Assembly (NCBI GenBank): GCA_951406725.2
Contig: OX597815.1
Coordinates: forward strand, 85,002,001-85,066,000
Length of the DNA: 64,000 bases
Direction of reading: 5' to 3'
Source of the DNA: Octopus vulgaris
Lineage: Eukaryota
Part shown: piece after piece, positions 24,389-38,699 of the stretch
Numbering within the stretch: the stretch's first letter is position 1
Layout of the letters: each line of letters begins with the position of its first letter
Notes under the pieces: generated by a model
The model's input: the letters and a program-made list of their open reading frames with translations, nothing else
The model's database searches: none
Told to the model about the DNA's origin: nothing
Translations under genes and position numbers: made by a program

Positions 24389-25539
24389 GTAAGTAGAACC
24401 CCACCTTTTCTGTCACTCAACTCTTTTTTTAGTTCTTTTCTTATTTTTATTTTTGTTTATTTTTTTTTCTGACCTTGAATTAGAGAAAATAATTTTCAAA
24501 TCATTCCAACCGTAAATTTATGAGGGAAGGAATAATAATGAGGTTATTATGAATTCACCACCTTCAGTGACATTAATAATATACTTACTAATTTTGGCAC
24601 AAGGCCAGCAATTTGAGGGTTAGTTGGTACGTCAAGTACATCAGCCCTGATGCTTAACTGATATGCATTTTATCAGCTCTGAAAAAAATGAAAGAGAAAG
24701 TTGACCTCTGTGGCATTTGAACTCAGAATGTAAAGATTTGGAAGAACTGCCACTAAGCATTTCGTCCAGCATGGTAATGATGTAAGTAGTCGTTTCTTGG
24801 ACTGCTTCCTTCTGAAGATAAGTCTTTGCACCTGAAATATAAAGTTTTTTGTAAAACTTTCTACAGTGTTAGAAGCTTTCTTTATTTTCCTTTTCTTTTT
24901 CTGCTTCTGCTCTACAATGCTTCAAGCCAACTACAACACTTTTGAATTCAGTACCTTAAGAAGAATTATAACAATACTCTGAGAGGACAAATGCAAAGTT
25001 AAAGGTACCATGGCCCAACATCTGGTTCAGGGCTGTTGACAAAAGCCAGTTACTTAGGGGTAAAGTGTGGTACTTCCAGTTCGACATCATATCCAAACTG
25101 CAATGACCGTTTTTGCTAGATGACTTCCCCATAGCTCAAACAGAGCCAATGGAGAGATTACATGGCAAATCCATGAAAAGATGGTTGTGTGTTTCTACCA
25201 ATTTTCAGTGAGAACTCCAAGCTTCTCTTACCATTTCTAGCAGTAGTAAAAAAATTCAAGTATGTACCTTATTTTTCCAATTAAGTTCCTTTGATCTAAA
25301 GATGGAAGTTTAAACCCTGCCAAAAACTTTTATTGACTCCCATAGATTGTCAGTAACATGTCGGTCACTTTGTAAGAATGATGCTTTTTAGTTATCAGTA
25401 GAAACTTATGACATCTTCCATTTTCGAACATGAAGCACGACACAACAGAGTTATGTACCTTGTGTTGCACGGATTCTCACACGCTTTTTTTTTTATTCTC
25501 TCTCTCTCTTTCTCTTACTCTGTCTCACTTTCACACACA

Positions 25540-25608
<69 letters not shown>

Positions 25609-25893
25609 GCAAGCGTGCAACATTCCTTACTGCTTTCAAGCCAAGACAGGAGTCTCTATGTGGGCGTTTGACCTACTTGAAATAACAGCCGAATCTCCCT
25701 CAAATCACATATTTCAAAGGAAACCTTGTGCTTAACTGTTGCTTGTTTCAGACCTTATGTCTATAATAGAAAGGAATTTAAATAAAATAATTTTGAAAAA
25801 AAAAAGTAATGAAAAAAAAAATTTATTTAAAGCAAAAAAAAAAACTTGTTTCTTTTAATTCTAATTTGAATTCAATCATTTATTCATTGATAG

Positions 25894-26070
25894 GTCTTTT
25901 GATAAAACAGATGTTGCTACTGGATGAACTGATGGAGAGAAAAGTTGTGAAAAATAGTAAGGGTATTGTATTTTATAGTGTCCCACATCGTGGTTCCACC
26001 TTAGCAACATTATGGAAACAAGCCTGGTTTTTGTTGTATCCTTCTATTGAGGTTAAAGAACTTGACCCAG
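25894..26070 (+). CDS. SERAC1: SERAC1 exon (GLLIKQMLL...GIVFYSVPHRGS...LLYPSIEVKELDP)
   Basis: GI.FYSVPH.GS and PS.EVKEL motifs; phase 1/1. Confidence 0.96.
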
Positions 26071-26629
26071 GTGGGTACAAATACTGTTACATTTCTCCTT
26101 TCTCTCAAACTAAATTTCTATTTTCTAAAATCAGATGATATCACTCTTGGTTGTAGAATCACTTTTCCTCTTTTGGTGATATCATTGGAAAAAGTATGAT
26201 TATAATCATCGTTAACATTTTAATGTCCACCAACAAAACTTAGGCAGTTTTTCTGTGGCCAAAATGCTCTTTCTGTTGCCAACCCTCCATGAAAGGATCT
26301 ATTTCCCTAGAGTCCTTCAAACAATGAACTACTCAATACCTGGATATGTGTGCATTGCAGATTATTAACAAAAGCACCATCGGATAGATAGTAGCAATGT
26401 TTTTACACAGCATCCAAACAGTATCAAGACAAAGCACCCACTACGCTCTTGGAATGGTTAGCGTTAGGAAGGGCATCCGTGATACATATGTGTATTGTAT
26501 AGATTGTTTGAAGTGGTGTACTGATTTTATATATTAAGAAAAAATTGGTAGTCAGAATTTTGAATAATCATCAGAAATATCTTTACAGAAAATTTATGCC
26601 TTTTATATATATATATGAGTTACTAAAAA

Positions 26630-26965
26630 AAGATTCCCTTTGGTCATGAATGACCATGGGATTGCACCTAGATAGTTAACCTCCAAGGCACAAGTCCAAG
26701 CAAGGTTGTTTATGGAAGACCAGCAGTTGCCCATGTATACCAGTCTCCCCTCTCCATGCCTCCGATGTTATCCAAGGGAAAGGCAAAGGCTGATACAGTT
26801 TGATACCAGTAACATCACAACTTATTTCTACAGCTGAGTGAACTGGAGCAATGTGAAATAAAGTGTCTTGCTCAAGAATACAACACACAGCCCTCTCTGG
26901 AAATTGAACTCACTACCTCATGATTGTGAGCCTGATGCTCTAACCACCGAGCCATTTGCCTTCAC
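26630..26965 (-). mobile_element. tRNA-derived CORE-like SINE with RTE-like tail
   Basis: minus strand TGGCTCGGTGGTTAGAGC A box, GAGTTCAATT B box, CTTGAGCAAGACACTT body. Confidence 0.75.
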
Positions 26966-27928
26966 ATAATATATATGTGAGTTACTAACTCATATATATA
27001 AAGACACGTATTTTCTGTGCAAGAAAGACTACTGCACTGTTATGGTCATGTGATGTGATTGAATAATCTTTGAGGTCAACCAAGTTGTTGAGATAACCTC
27101 ATGACCAGACATGGGTCTGTTGGAAGCTTGTGGCTGAACAATTTTTCACAAAGTATGATATCAGTTAATTAAAAAATAAAACATGGTAGGTGAAAATGTG
27201 CATTTCATGCTATTGGTAGGAAGCAGTGAGGTCAGATGTTCAGATGTTTGACCTCACAGGTAGGTTAACTAAGACAAGTAACAAAATGTTATATGGATTT
27301 GTTCAAGCCATGCAAGTATGGAAAACAAATATTAAAATAGTATAGTAAGACAATAGGGTGACACTATTACTAGAAGTTGGGAAGATAAAAGAGGGGGATG
27401 AAATTGAATAGATTATGAAAATTTAAAAGCAATTAAGAGCAAGATCACGAAAGATGAAAAGGTTTTTTTAAGAAAATTCTTTTTTTTTTTTAAGAAATCT
27501 CAAAAAAATCACTTACAAAATTTTTTAAAGTTTAATAAGGTTCAAAAAACCCTAAAAAATGTTTGTAGAACAATTCACTAAATCTCTCAAAAAATTCAAA
27601 AGTTTCAGAATTATGAAGTTTTAAAGTTTAAAATGCTTCAAAAGTTACAAAAGCTTTTTTAAAGTTTCAGAGGCTTTAAAGAGTTCGTGGATGATAGCAT
27701 ATTTAGTTAGTTTTGCTATGATGGAATTTGAAAATTAAAACTCAGAACTTTAAGGTGAAGAGGAAGAGAAAGCTTGTATTCCTGAACCTGATAGACTGAG
27801 ATCTTGATTCTTATAGAATTTCTTTGGCACCAATGTTGATGAAATCATTTCTTATCATTCCTTCTCTCTCTTTTTTACATCACAAAGTTTTCTATAATTT
27901 TTTTCTTTTTCCCCTCTCTCCTTTCCAG

Positions 27929-28072
27929 ATTCTTTGTTTCTTAGAACACTTCATAAGAACTTTCAGGAACTGATCGTTTCAAGTGAAATAAAATGTGTTA
28001 GTTTTGGTGAGTTACAAAAGACACCTCTGGGCATGCGCTTTCAAGCACTCATTGTTCCTCCTCACTCAAGTG
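27929..28072 (+). CDS. SERAC1: SERAC1 exon (DSLFLRTLHKNF...SFGELQKT...IVPPHSS)
   Basis: long pyrimidine tract plus cag, G|gtacgt donor; F.E...T and VP..S motifs. Confidence 0.93.
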
Positions 28073-29799
28073 GTACGTAATATTATTTATCCCATTTTAC
28101 TTGTCTACCTTTTATATGTGTAAGGTTTTTTCCTAATCAAACAGACTTAATTGGAGCTACCCAAAAGCAACATCTTCCTCCTCCTTCCCCAAAATAGTGG
28201 TGGATAAACTCTTCTTAAAAGCTACAAAGGACAGTCCCTCGGTGAGGACAACCATGTGTTGCCATCCCCTGCCCCTTTGTTTCTACTTTATTGTAAATTA
28301 TGAGGTTGAAATTTGCAATGGATATGAGACTACAGCTCCCAGAATGCCGGAGAAATTTTATCAAGAACGCAAAATACATGAGTCAACATGCGTAAAAAGT
28401 TTCCTTCCAACTTCATCTCAAGCAATGTTGTGAGTGGGATGCATGAATACACATGACCTGTTGGGGTCTCTGGAAGCAGTGTCACTTTACAAGTGACTTC
28501 AGGTCATTAAACAATGAGGTTTACACCTTATGCAGATGTAAACCTCATAGATTAATCAATACTCTCATATCAAAAAAGCGGCATGCTGGCAGAAATGTTA
28601 GCACGCCAGCCAAAATGCTTCGTGGTATTTTGCCTGTCTTTACGATCTGAGTTCAAATTCTGCAATGTTGCCTTTCATCCTTTCGGGGTTGATAAATTAA
28701 GTACCAGTTGCATACTGGTTCAATCTAATTGACTGGCCCCCTCCCAAAAAATTTCGGGTCTTATACCTAGAGTAGAAAACAATAATCTCATATCAAATAG
28801 TATGACAATTTTGATACAAAATGGTTTGAATATCCAAATAAAGATAATCCTTTTGGACTCTGATGGCTGGTTGATGGTCCTGGATGCTTTGAGTTTGATG
28901 GTCCTTAATACTGATAGGGGTTGGGTGACCACATTTCTTCAGGCACCTGGAAACTTTCATCAGAACATCCTACCCACTAGTTTAGTTTATTGGGTGCATG
29001 CTGGGATTGTGAAAGATTATCTGTTCGTAGTGGGTAAGTTTAAACTCTAACAATATGGACTTTGCTAAACTATTGTTTAATCGGAATCGAAATCGCTCAA
29101 AAATCAATGGAAATTGTAGTTATGATGCCAGTGCCGGTGGCATGTAAAAGAACCATCCGAATGTGGCCGTTGCCAGCGCCGCCCTGACTGGCCTCCGTGC
29201 TGGTGGCACGTAAAGAGCTCCAACCGATCGTGGCTGTTGCCAGCCTCGCCTGGCACGTAAAAAGCACCCACTACACTCACGGAGTGGTTAGCATTAGGAA
29301 GGGCATCCAGCTGTAGAAAAACTGCCAGATCAGACTGGGCCTGGTGCAGCCTCCTGGCTTCCCTGACCCCAGTTGAACTGTCCAACCCATGCTAGCATGG
29401 AAAGCAGACGTTAAACAATGATGATGATGATGATGATAGTGAGTCTTCTAAGTCATGTTTAGAGGTTTATAGAGACAGTGTGGGATGTTGACAATTCAAG
29501 GTGGTTATGTACACAGACCCAAAAGTTTTTGGTGTGTACTGAAAGCCTAGATATATGCCTAGACAAGATCTAACTATTGGAAGGCTAATATATTGTTACA
29601 TTTATGTATTTGACAGAAGTATAAACTAAAGATAATACAAATAAAAATTAAAATAAAGCTCAAATAAATAGTGTGTGTGTGTTTAATTGGTTAAGAGAAA
29701 AATGACCATCCTCAAGAATCACAATAACATATTGTTCTCAACACAGAAAATTTTCAGAGAGCAGATTAGCAAACTAGTTAAGTAGCAATTTGATGAGAG

Positions 29800-31050
29800 C
29801 AGTCATTAGCAACTGGAAGTAGGTGCCATTAAAAAAGAAAATTGGAACAGAATCCATTAGTTTTAATTAGGAAGTAACACTAGAAAATGCTAAAATGGAG
29901 AAAGAGTTAGAAGGTAGCCTCAAAGAGGCCAATAGAAAAAAAACAGTGAATATAAAGTGCAAGCACCAAGAATGTCTTGAGCATTTCTTCAAACCAAAAT
30001 ATGGAGACTGCATTGTCCGAGCTAAAATGCATATGTTTAGACACAGAGGAATGAAGGCCGTTCAACAGGGCCTAGAGGTGGAGACAGAACTTGGTGACAA
30101 GACCACATCTGGGCTTTTGATAGACTACATTGAACATGTCTATAGTAATGGTGATGGGGAACCTGTATAGTCATTGTTGTGAAACACATCCTTCCACAGC
30201 TCATTTCTTTGATCTGTAGTCCTATGTCAAATGCAGACAAAATTAGGCATCTGGCATCTAGAATGTTGTCGGACACTCAGTGCTCTCTGTTGGCAGAGTA
30301 ATACAGTCAATGGAGAATATAAGAAATGATGGCTTGCGAACAATTCTTTCGTCTGGCTGTGCTACAAGAGAGCATTGCTAGTTTGAGATAAACTCTAAAG
30401 GTATAGAAGTGCATTTAGTCACACAGGATGTATGCAGAATGACGAAACCATACTGCATGCACTCATTCAGTGTCCAAACGTTACTGATTTATAGAATTAT
30501 GTTGAACATCTGTGGAGGACAGATTTGGGCTGTTATAAAGATTGTCCAGCTGCCTTCTTGTGGTATGTGGGCAGTTTTCCTCTCTGTGAGAATATGGGCA
30601 AAGTGATGCTGTAGTGGGTGAGATAGCAAGTATTGAAAACACTCGCTTTCCATTTCAGCCAATACCTCAACAATTTTTACAGTTACCACCTGTGAAGGAA
30701 GGTAGAAGTTGAAAAGTGCTGTCTTTAGTAAATTTGATGATTGATGACTTGGAATATCTGGATGGTTCCAGGGAGATGACACTTTGCCCTTAGTCTTAAA
30801 GGGTATTTGAGGATATGTGGGGAGCCCTATTTTGCTCCAGGTTAATATCTCTTTTTTTAGAGAGTCTAAGTGACTCTCCTAAAAAGAGACGTAACAACTG
30901 ATAGTTATTTATTTATATGTTTTTACATGTTAACACTGTATTATTTTTCATATCACAGCATATTTTTCACTAAATGTAAACCCCACCCCATTATTTTTTA
31001 ATCTCTCTTTATAATGCCCCCACCACCCACACTTATTGCCTTATCACAGA
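29800..31050 (+). mobile_element. degraded Tx1/L1-clade LINE 3' portion
   Basis: WLCYKRALLV*DKL...CMQNDETILHALIQCP zinc-knuckle remnant at 30350-30480. Confidence 0.6.
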
Positions 31051-31211
31051 TAAAGAACCACTTATTATGATTATTACTTAATTTATTAATGAAATTAGAT
31101 AATTTCAAGATATCTCATTCGTTATCATTCAACAAACGTTTTTTTTTTGTTTTTTTTAAATTTTATTTTTTACTCATTTCTGTTTTTATTTCTTTTTTTT
31201 TGTATTGGTAG

Positions 31212-31399
31212 ATCCTGGATTTGGAATGTATTATGGAATTGAAGCTAATCATGTAACTATTTGCAAGCCAATTGACCCCCAGTCCTTATTATATGCTGTA
31301 ACACTGAAGTGTGTGCAACATTGGGCTAATCAGAAATTAGTAGATAGTGTAATGGAAGCAGGACTTTCAATCGAAGACCAGCTGGTTGGAATATTCTGA
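31212..31399 (+). CDS. SERAC1: SERAC1 last coding exon (DPGFG...ANHVTICKP...VGIF*)
   Basis: catalytic-His motif NH..ICKP; tag acceptor; TGA at 31397-31399. Confidence 0.95.
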
Positions 31400-31414
31400 G
31401 ATATGCATTCACGC

Positions 31415-31595
31415 ACACTCTGGCACGCCATCTGTTACGATAACGGGGGTTCCAGTCAAATCCGTTCAACAGAACAGCATCCTCATGAAATTAACATGCA
31501 AGTGGCTGAGCATTCCACAGATACGCGTACCCTTAACATAGTTCTCAGGGAGATTCAGCTTGACACAAAATGTGACAAAGATGGCCCTTTGAATA
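31415..31595 (-). mobile_element. SINE tail fragment, antisense, in SERAC1 3' UTR
   Basis: reverse complement of 45690-45865. Confidence 0.8.
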
Positions 31596-31997
31596 CACAC
31601 ACACACACAGACAAACACACGTGTGCACATGCTTGTATTAACAGTGTAATATTTGTAATCAATACTTTGAAATTAAAGGTTACAATGAACATCTTGATTG
31701 GAAATTTCAGTGAGGAAACATTCTTGTAATTATTTCTTTCAAAGTAATATTTATAAATATATACTTATTCATGTTATTTATATAGAATAATGTTAACTGT
31801 TATATTATTTCTGTCATCATCCCTAAAGCTTTGAGCATAGATGTGGATGCCTATTTTGTGTTTTGGATGCTTCAACAACTATTTCTGCTCAGCACCAGAT
31901 GATTACATTCAACCTTTTGCATAATATTGTTTGTGGAAGAAATCTAACTGGAAGGTTTTTATTTCTTTTTTTTCTTCTTTTTATTTATTTATTTATT

Positions 31998-32038
<41 letters not shown>

Positions 32039-32059
32039 GTATACACATACAAACACACT

Positions 32060-32106
<47 letters not shown>

Positions 32107-32274
32107 TGTTTTTGTTCTAGTTAATTTATTGTTTTACTTTAATTTGACTATGTCAATGAATGTGACCCACTAAATGTGACAAGTTGGCTTATGGTTAAAT
32201 TGAGGACATACCATGCTCTGCTCTTGGATTGTTATGGTGAAAGAACAGAAAAAAAACTTCAAAAAATTAAAAGC

Positions 32275-32280
32275 AATAAA
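32275..32280 (+). promoter_or_regulatory. candidate polyadenylation signal of SERAC1 (other AATAAA near 32635 and 32925)
   Basis: AATAAA about 0.9 kb after the stop; the motif is common in AT-rich DNA. Confidence 0.3.
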
Positions 32281-33305
32281 TAAATGAAGGAATTCACACA
32301 TAAGAGAAGCAATCAATGTAATGTTGATTAATGTTTGTCTTGACTATTCTTAATTAAAAATATCTGTTGTTGCTAACAAGAACAGCTTAAGATCTGTAAT
32401 TTAAATCAGTTTACATTGTATAAAGTTTCCTGAAATGGATAAATTATCAGCTAAAGTTGTTTGAATTTTCTTTTTATATGTGTTGTATAAAAGATATGAT
32501 TATTTGTCGGGATTTTGGTTTAAGCACTCCATATAATCTTTCATAACTCTTTTATCTTTTAGAATTTTCAGAAAATTTTTGTGAATTTATATTCTGCACA
32601 CAGCAATTCATATGAGTATGCAAAAATCAGAAAAAATAAACACTTTTTTAAAGCTATTTAGCTGTTATTTTTAGCATATCTCACAACTACCTGATACCCT
32701 CCTTATTTCTTTGTCACTTTGACGTATTGATGTTTTTCAATATCTTTCTCCCCATAAAAACATTTAACAGTCTACTGGGACTTAAGCAAAAAAAAGGACT
32801 GTCTGTATTTTAAGTTCTGATTTAAGGAAAAATTTTGAAAAGTTACAAAGAAGTTTTTTTCTTCATAATCATATAAATTCCCCTGTGTAGAAAACTAATA
32901 TGAAAACATCTAAAAATCCCAGAAAATAAAAAAGTTATGAGATGTTATATAGCGTACTTAAACTAGAATTCCACCAATTATTTATTATAGCTGCTTTATA
33001 GCATTATTAGATGCATGTGACAATATTGTTGCGGGTGCTTTTGTGCCACTCAAGATAACTATTTGCCATTGGAAATTTGGGTATGGTACATGGCTTTCGG
33101 TAGGTGAATTTTACCAGACTTTTTCCTCTCCGAAAGTACTGCAGTACAGCTGTGAGTGATACTCTTAAAAGATTTTAGACCTTGATTTTTTTTTTTTTTG
33201 TGCATGTCAAAATCCATTAGAACTATTTCATGTCTCTAAAATGCCTAAACAATGTCTTCATCTAATTCAAGTTAGCATGAAAAAAACACATGAAACAAAT
33301 TAACA

Positions 33306-33339
<34 letters not shown>

Positions 33340-33342
<3 letters not shown>

Positions 33343-34580
33343 AGCTTCAGAGAGATGGTCAGATGGGTTACTGAGATTAGAAGTTTTTAAAAAAATGCAA
33401 ATCCCTGTATCTTGTATTCATTGGCCTGAAGAAAACCTTTGACAGAGTATCATGTTTAGTAATCTGATGGTCACCAAGGAATCTGGATGCAGATGAATGA
33501 CTTATGAGTGTCAGACTAGCTATATAGAAGGGTGTTGGCAGCCAGGTGAGAGTTAGCAATGAATTGAATGAGGAATTGAACATGCAGGTAGGTGATCCTT
33601 AAGGCTCACTCCTCAGCTTCCTCCTGTTTATTATAGCAGAGGAGCTCAAGACTAGTTATCCAAGGGTATTCCAGTATGCTAGCTACCTAGTTCTCATTCT
33701 TGAATCAGTGAACAAATTAAAGAAAAATTACTAATGTGAAAGTGGGGCCCAGAATTGAAATACCTTAAAAGTACATCTACCATATTTTCCAGCATACAAG
33801 TCAAATTTTTCAGGCCAAAATTCATAGCCTAAAAAGGTAGGTTGATTTATAGATCTAGACAACTTTGGAGGATCAAAAATTCCATGTGAAATGCAGCAGG
33901 ATTTGGAAAGGTAGTGATGATGTTTGAATGTTTACATTATTTATTATGTTGCTTGTAGGCTGGAAAATAACAGAAATCGGAGTGGTTGGTGTTAGGAAGG
34001 GCATCCAGCTGTAGAAACTCTGCCCAATCAAGATTGAAGCCTGGTGTAGCCATCTGGTTCGCCAGCCCTCAGTCAAATTGTCCAACCCATGCTAGCATGG
34101 AAAGCGGACGTTAAACAATGATGATGAAATACAAAAGAGAGAATACTGCTGGGAAATAGTCATACTTGATATTCAGAAAAGGAGTAGGAACTCTATACTG
34201 TATACTCGGTGTAAAGTATTGGTTCAAGAGATATGCAGTGGGATCACAGGCAAATTGACAGTCTCTGTTACCTCAATGACCTGATTAACACTATGGGGCA
34301 TTCTGAGAGTAAACATGCAGAGTTAGGACTGAGTGAAAGTTCAGGGAGCTGTTTAGTTGGTAGCAAAGAGATTCTCTCAAAGTGAAAGGCATTACATGAT
34401 GTTTGTGAATAAGGTGCAATATTGTTTGGTGGTGAAATGTGAGTATTGAAAGTTGGAAAGGAATAAAGCAAGTCTGCTCCTCAAGTTGTGTAATGTTAAG
34501 TGTGCATGAAGAATGAAGTGCAGCTTAGCTGAGAGAAAAACTAGGTATAAGAGGAATCGTATGCAGTGTGTAAGAGAAAA
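33340..34580 (+). mobile_element. very old RTE RT remnants
   Basis: degenerate FIDLKKAFD / QGS.LS.LLF-like coding with many stops. Confidence 0.5.
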
Positions 34581-37500
34581 GTGTTCTGAGCACTATTCAC
34601 AGTAATTTCATTATTATTATACAATATAGAGATACTACAATGCAATCGAAGAATGACAGTTGGGTAAAAAATCAAGTGATGCAAATAGATGGAACCTGCA
34701 AAAGAAGAAAACCAACAAAGAATTGTTGAAAGCTAAACCTCATGATGGAGATAACAAGGGTCTGCAACAAATGTTAAGACATTTGAAAGATATTGGAAAC
34801 ATTGAAAGACAAAGATATGATGAGTATGATATGAATCTGTGTGTATAGATACAGGTATAATAAATTATAACTTATCCGATAGTTACCTTGAGCTCATAAA
34901 CCCAGTGCTCATCTCTAGATTAAGATTTAATTTTACAGTTGACATTCTCTGTAGATTTGGTGTATACTTTCAGTTGCTATAAGAATTAAGGCATGTAGCT
35001 AGTTCAGCGACATGACAAAATATCTGAATCTGAATCAAGTTTCTCCAGATATAATTCTCTGATTACAATATGCTATGTCCTTCCATTTTCTTAGATTAGT
35101 ATAGTTTGAAAGAGACTTAGCTGGTATTTCTAGCAGGTTAAATGATTATGTAAGAGAAGAGTCATTTGGGTGACTGGCATTCCATCACTTATGAAGAAAC
35201 TCCAGCCTCTTCCCCACAGCTATACTGTCTCCTCTCTTTTCTATCATTATTAAAACAGTTTCTGCTCATCAGAACTGGCTGGTCTTGTAGCTCTGTCACT
35301 CAAGTGCTCCCAGATCCATTGGTCACTCCACTCCTCTTCTCTGCAGGCATTGATCTGTAACAGCTTAAATGGAATAGTAATAGTATCAAGCTCATGAGTC
35401 TTAGAGAACCAGCAAGTGCCATGAGCTCTGCCCTTTCCTCTTGACTCAGCCAAAAAAAAAAATGGTACTGTTGAGATGAGAGGTAATCATCAATATAGGG
35501 AAGAGCAACCCTATTGAATTCATTGCTAAAAGAGAAGCAATTACCATGTTTATACTTTCTCAAAGACATTATCAGAATTGGCAAAACTACAACTGGGAAT
35601 AAGGCCCAATTCACATATCTGTTTTCCCTGGAGCTTATCATCAACACTAATGGTTATGGATTCAATCCAACTCCTTGAGTCAGTGTCTTTTAACACTTGG
35701 ATAGATTATGCTTGTTATTGTATATACTTAATCTATTGCTTAGTTTAACACCACCTGACCCTTAAGCATCTTTAGTAAAGTTCACCCACGTTGCAAGTAT
35801 TTTGATGAGGTCACTCATGTTTGAGGACAATTCAGCCTTCTGATACTCTACTTTGTACTTCAGCAACCTTTGTTTCATTGTCTCTTTATAAATGCCTACC
35901 TTATAAGTTTTGCAGGTCATGAAAAACGTCAGCAGCATAGTTCTTGATTTTTTTTATAAGAAGTGATAAAATACATCTCTATCCATTTGCGTCAGTGTGT
36001 AGGTGTGTACATATAAAAATTCCTTTGTATATGTACACATTTGAGAAGTGACCGATATCTGTTACGCATTGACCATTCTGATCAATATGTTTGATTGGCT
36101 ATTATCATTTTATGAAACCTGAGTCACAGCTGAATCACCATTCACCAACAATAGATTTAATCTTAAACTGTTAGATTTTATTTTTATCTTTTAGTAGCAA
36201 CACTCATGACCCATTACTGGGCCTCTGGAGACTCATGGGAGGAAGGTAGACTCAAACTGGAAACCTGGCCCAAATGCTAGCAAGATAGTAGACTCTGCAA
36301 AAGATATTGAAGGTGCCAAGTGGTGGTGGTGGTGTTAAACCAGGAAAAGGAGTAAGTCTACTATCCCAGTTGGGCATGATGGAATTTGAACTCAGAATAC
36401 AAAGAGCTTGAAGAAATACTGCAACCATCTATTCAACATACCTATTTCTTTACTATCCACAAGGGGCTAAACACAGAGAGGACAAACAAGGACAGACAAA
36501 TGGATTAAGTCGATTATATTGACCCTAGTGTGTAACTGGTACTTAATTTATCGACCCCGAAAGGATGAAAGGCAAAGTCAACCTCGGCGGAATTTGAACT
36601 CAGAACATAGCGGCTGACGAAATACTGCTAAGCATTTCGCCCAGCATGCTAACATTTCTGTCAGCTCGCTGCCTTAGATTGGCAGTAACACTACATGCCC
36701 ACTAAATGGTTAATATAATACAGAAACTGTCGTTTATGAGGTAGAGGTAAGCTCAAAAGATCCTAGAGGGTGCCAAATATACAGAAATATATGGGCATGA
36801 CAGAAGGCCCCTTCAAGACCAGGTTAATTAACCACAAGTCTTTGTTTAATATCCAGGAAAGATGAAACAAGATTGGTGAGGCATATATGGATAATGAAAT
36901 AAAATGCCATACAGTATAATATGAAGTGGAGACTGCCAGAAAAATGTAGAACCTACCTCAACAGCAGTAGATGCAGACTAGTTGAGAAATGAATTATATT
37001 GAAGCACTCCCTCCATCCAAGGGCTTACCTGGACAATTCTTGGCCCTCTTCAGTGCTTTTGCAAAGACCCCACCCCCACCTCCAACCTTCCTGGGCCAGA
37101 AAGCAGTCTTGTTTCGCTTTGCAGAATTTCTCTCATAGGCCCTATCTCTATCTAAAAATTCAGATAATGATCTTCTGTTTAGAAAACAACCAAAATTAAA
37201 TGTATACAATGAGTTAGAAATACTTAAAATTAACATGTGACAAGAGAGCTTATACATGGTCGTTCAGTTTTCAAGAAATAGCTGTTAAATCTCTCTTAAA
37301 TACCACTCTACTGTTTCAAAAGGAAGAAGTGTACATTGGCTAATATGGTCCTAGATACATGTGCCTGAAAATGGAAAAAAAAAAAGATAAAAGCTTGATT
37401 GCTTTTGATCATAGTGATAATAAGTCAATTTATTTAGGTCTTACACAATGCTAAACAATATCAACAGACATATTATACACTCTTATTCTCATATTATATT

Positions 37501-38699
37501 ATAAAGTCATTATAAACAAGACTTATTAGATTCAAAGGCACTGAAATTAACAGCCAATGATTTGATTTTATGCAAACCTTTTGGGGAAATGTCTTCAAAC
37601 TTTCATGAAATGCTATTTCATCTCTTGTGCTACATCATGTTGAAGCAAGTAAAAATAACTTTTACACTCTGCTGCACTAGTAGACAAAAAAAAGGCTTTA
37701 AAATAAAAGTTAAATTTATATCACCTTGTACAATTTTCCAGGAAACACTGCTCACATGTGTCATGGTAGCTGTCATGCATCAAATATACTAAACCAGATT
37801 TGTACAAAAAAAAACCCTTGTCAGTCCAATTTATCAGTATGTAATTGTTGGAGATTTTGTTTTTGTTTTTCAGTGTATAAGAAAATGTCTGTTTACCTAA
37901 GATTCGCTCATTGATAAGAACATATAAATCAATAGTGACAAATACGTAAGTGCAATCATATACCACTACTTAAAAAATTGTTGAGTCAACAATTCAAATA
38001 AATTCATGGATTCAAATAAAATTATAAATTAGGTGAATTTTGAATTGCAAGAATGTTATTACATAAGGGGAAATGATTTTAAAAGATGTTTTGTTTTTTT
38101 CTGTATATAATCATTATTTTATCACAGTATTCCTTTGTATATACACCCAGATATAGGACCAGTATGTCTACGAATCAATATATAGATATATTAAAGTACT
38201 GCACAGCTGGTTGAGTAAGTAGCTGACCTTACTGGTTTGGATGTTGACGATTTATACATCAATACCAGTTCGGTATAATGGCCATGACCTGAAGATTTAA
38301 CTCTTCATGGCCCTTACTTTCAACAAGGCACCATTACATCCCATTTCAGGGTACTTCTCATACATGTGACAAAACAGTCACCAATATAACATTCTCAACC
38401 AAATTCAGGACAAAAAACGTCAGTAGACTTAATAAGAATACTTCTGTCCAGAAATTTACTATCATTTCTCTATCTCTGCTATGACTGCCATTTCTCACTT
38501 GAACTGAAAATGTGTGTTCTACTTGTATCATCCTTCCATCCTCTTCCTCTCTACCATATTGTCTCTCACACTTGTCTCTCCACTACTATCACTTCCTGTT
38601 TGTCTTTCTCTCATTTACATATCAAAAAACAAAGTAAGATATATTGAGCTATAGTTGTTTAAACTATAAATCAACTTCAATATGACTTATAAGGTTTAT

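Noticed and set aside
24810-24845. CTGAAGA...GAAA string (also 43653-43680)
   Set aside because: Stems II and III do not pair; not a supportable hammerhead.
35400-36250. Faint Gypsy RT/RNase H-like remnants (KKNG, FSL.L...GY, LET)
   Set aside because: Too degraded to support by eye; needs TBLASTN or HMM evidence.
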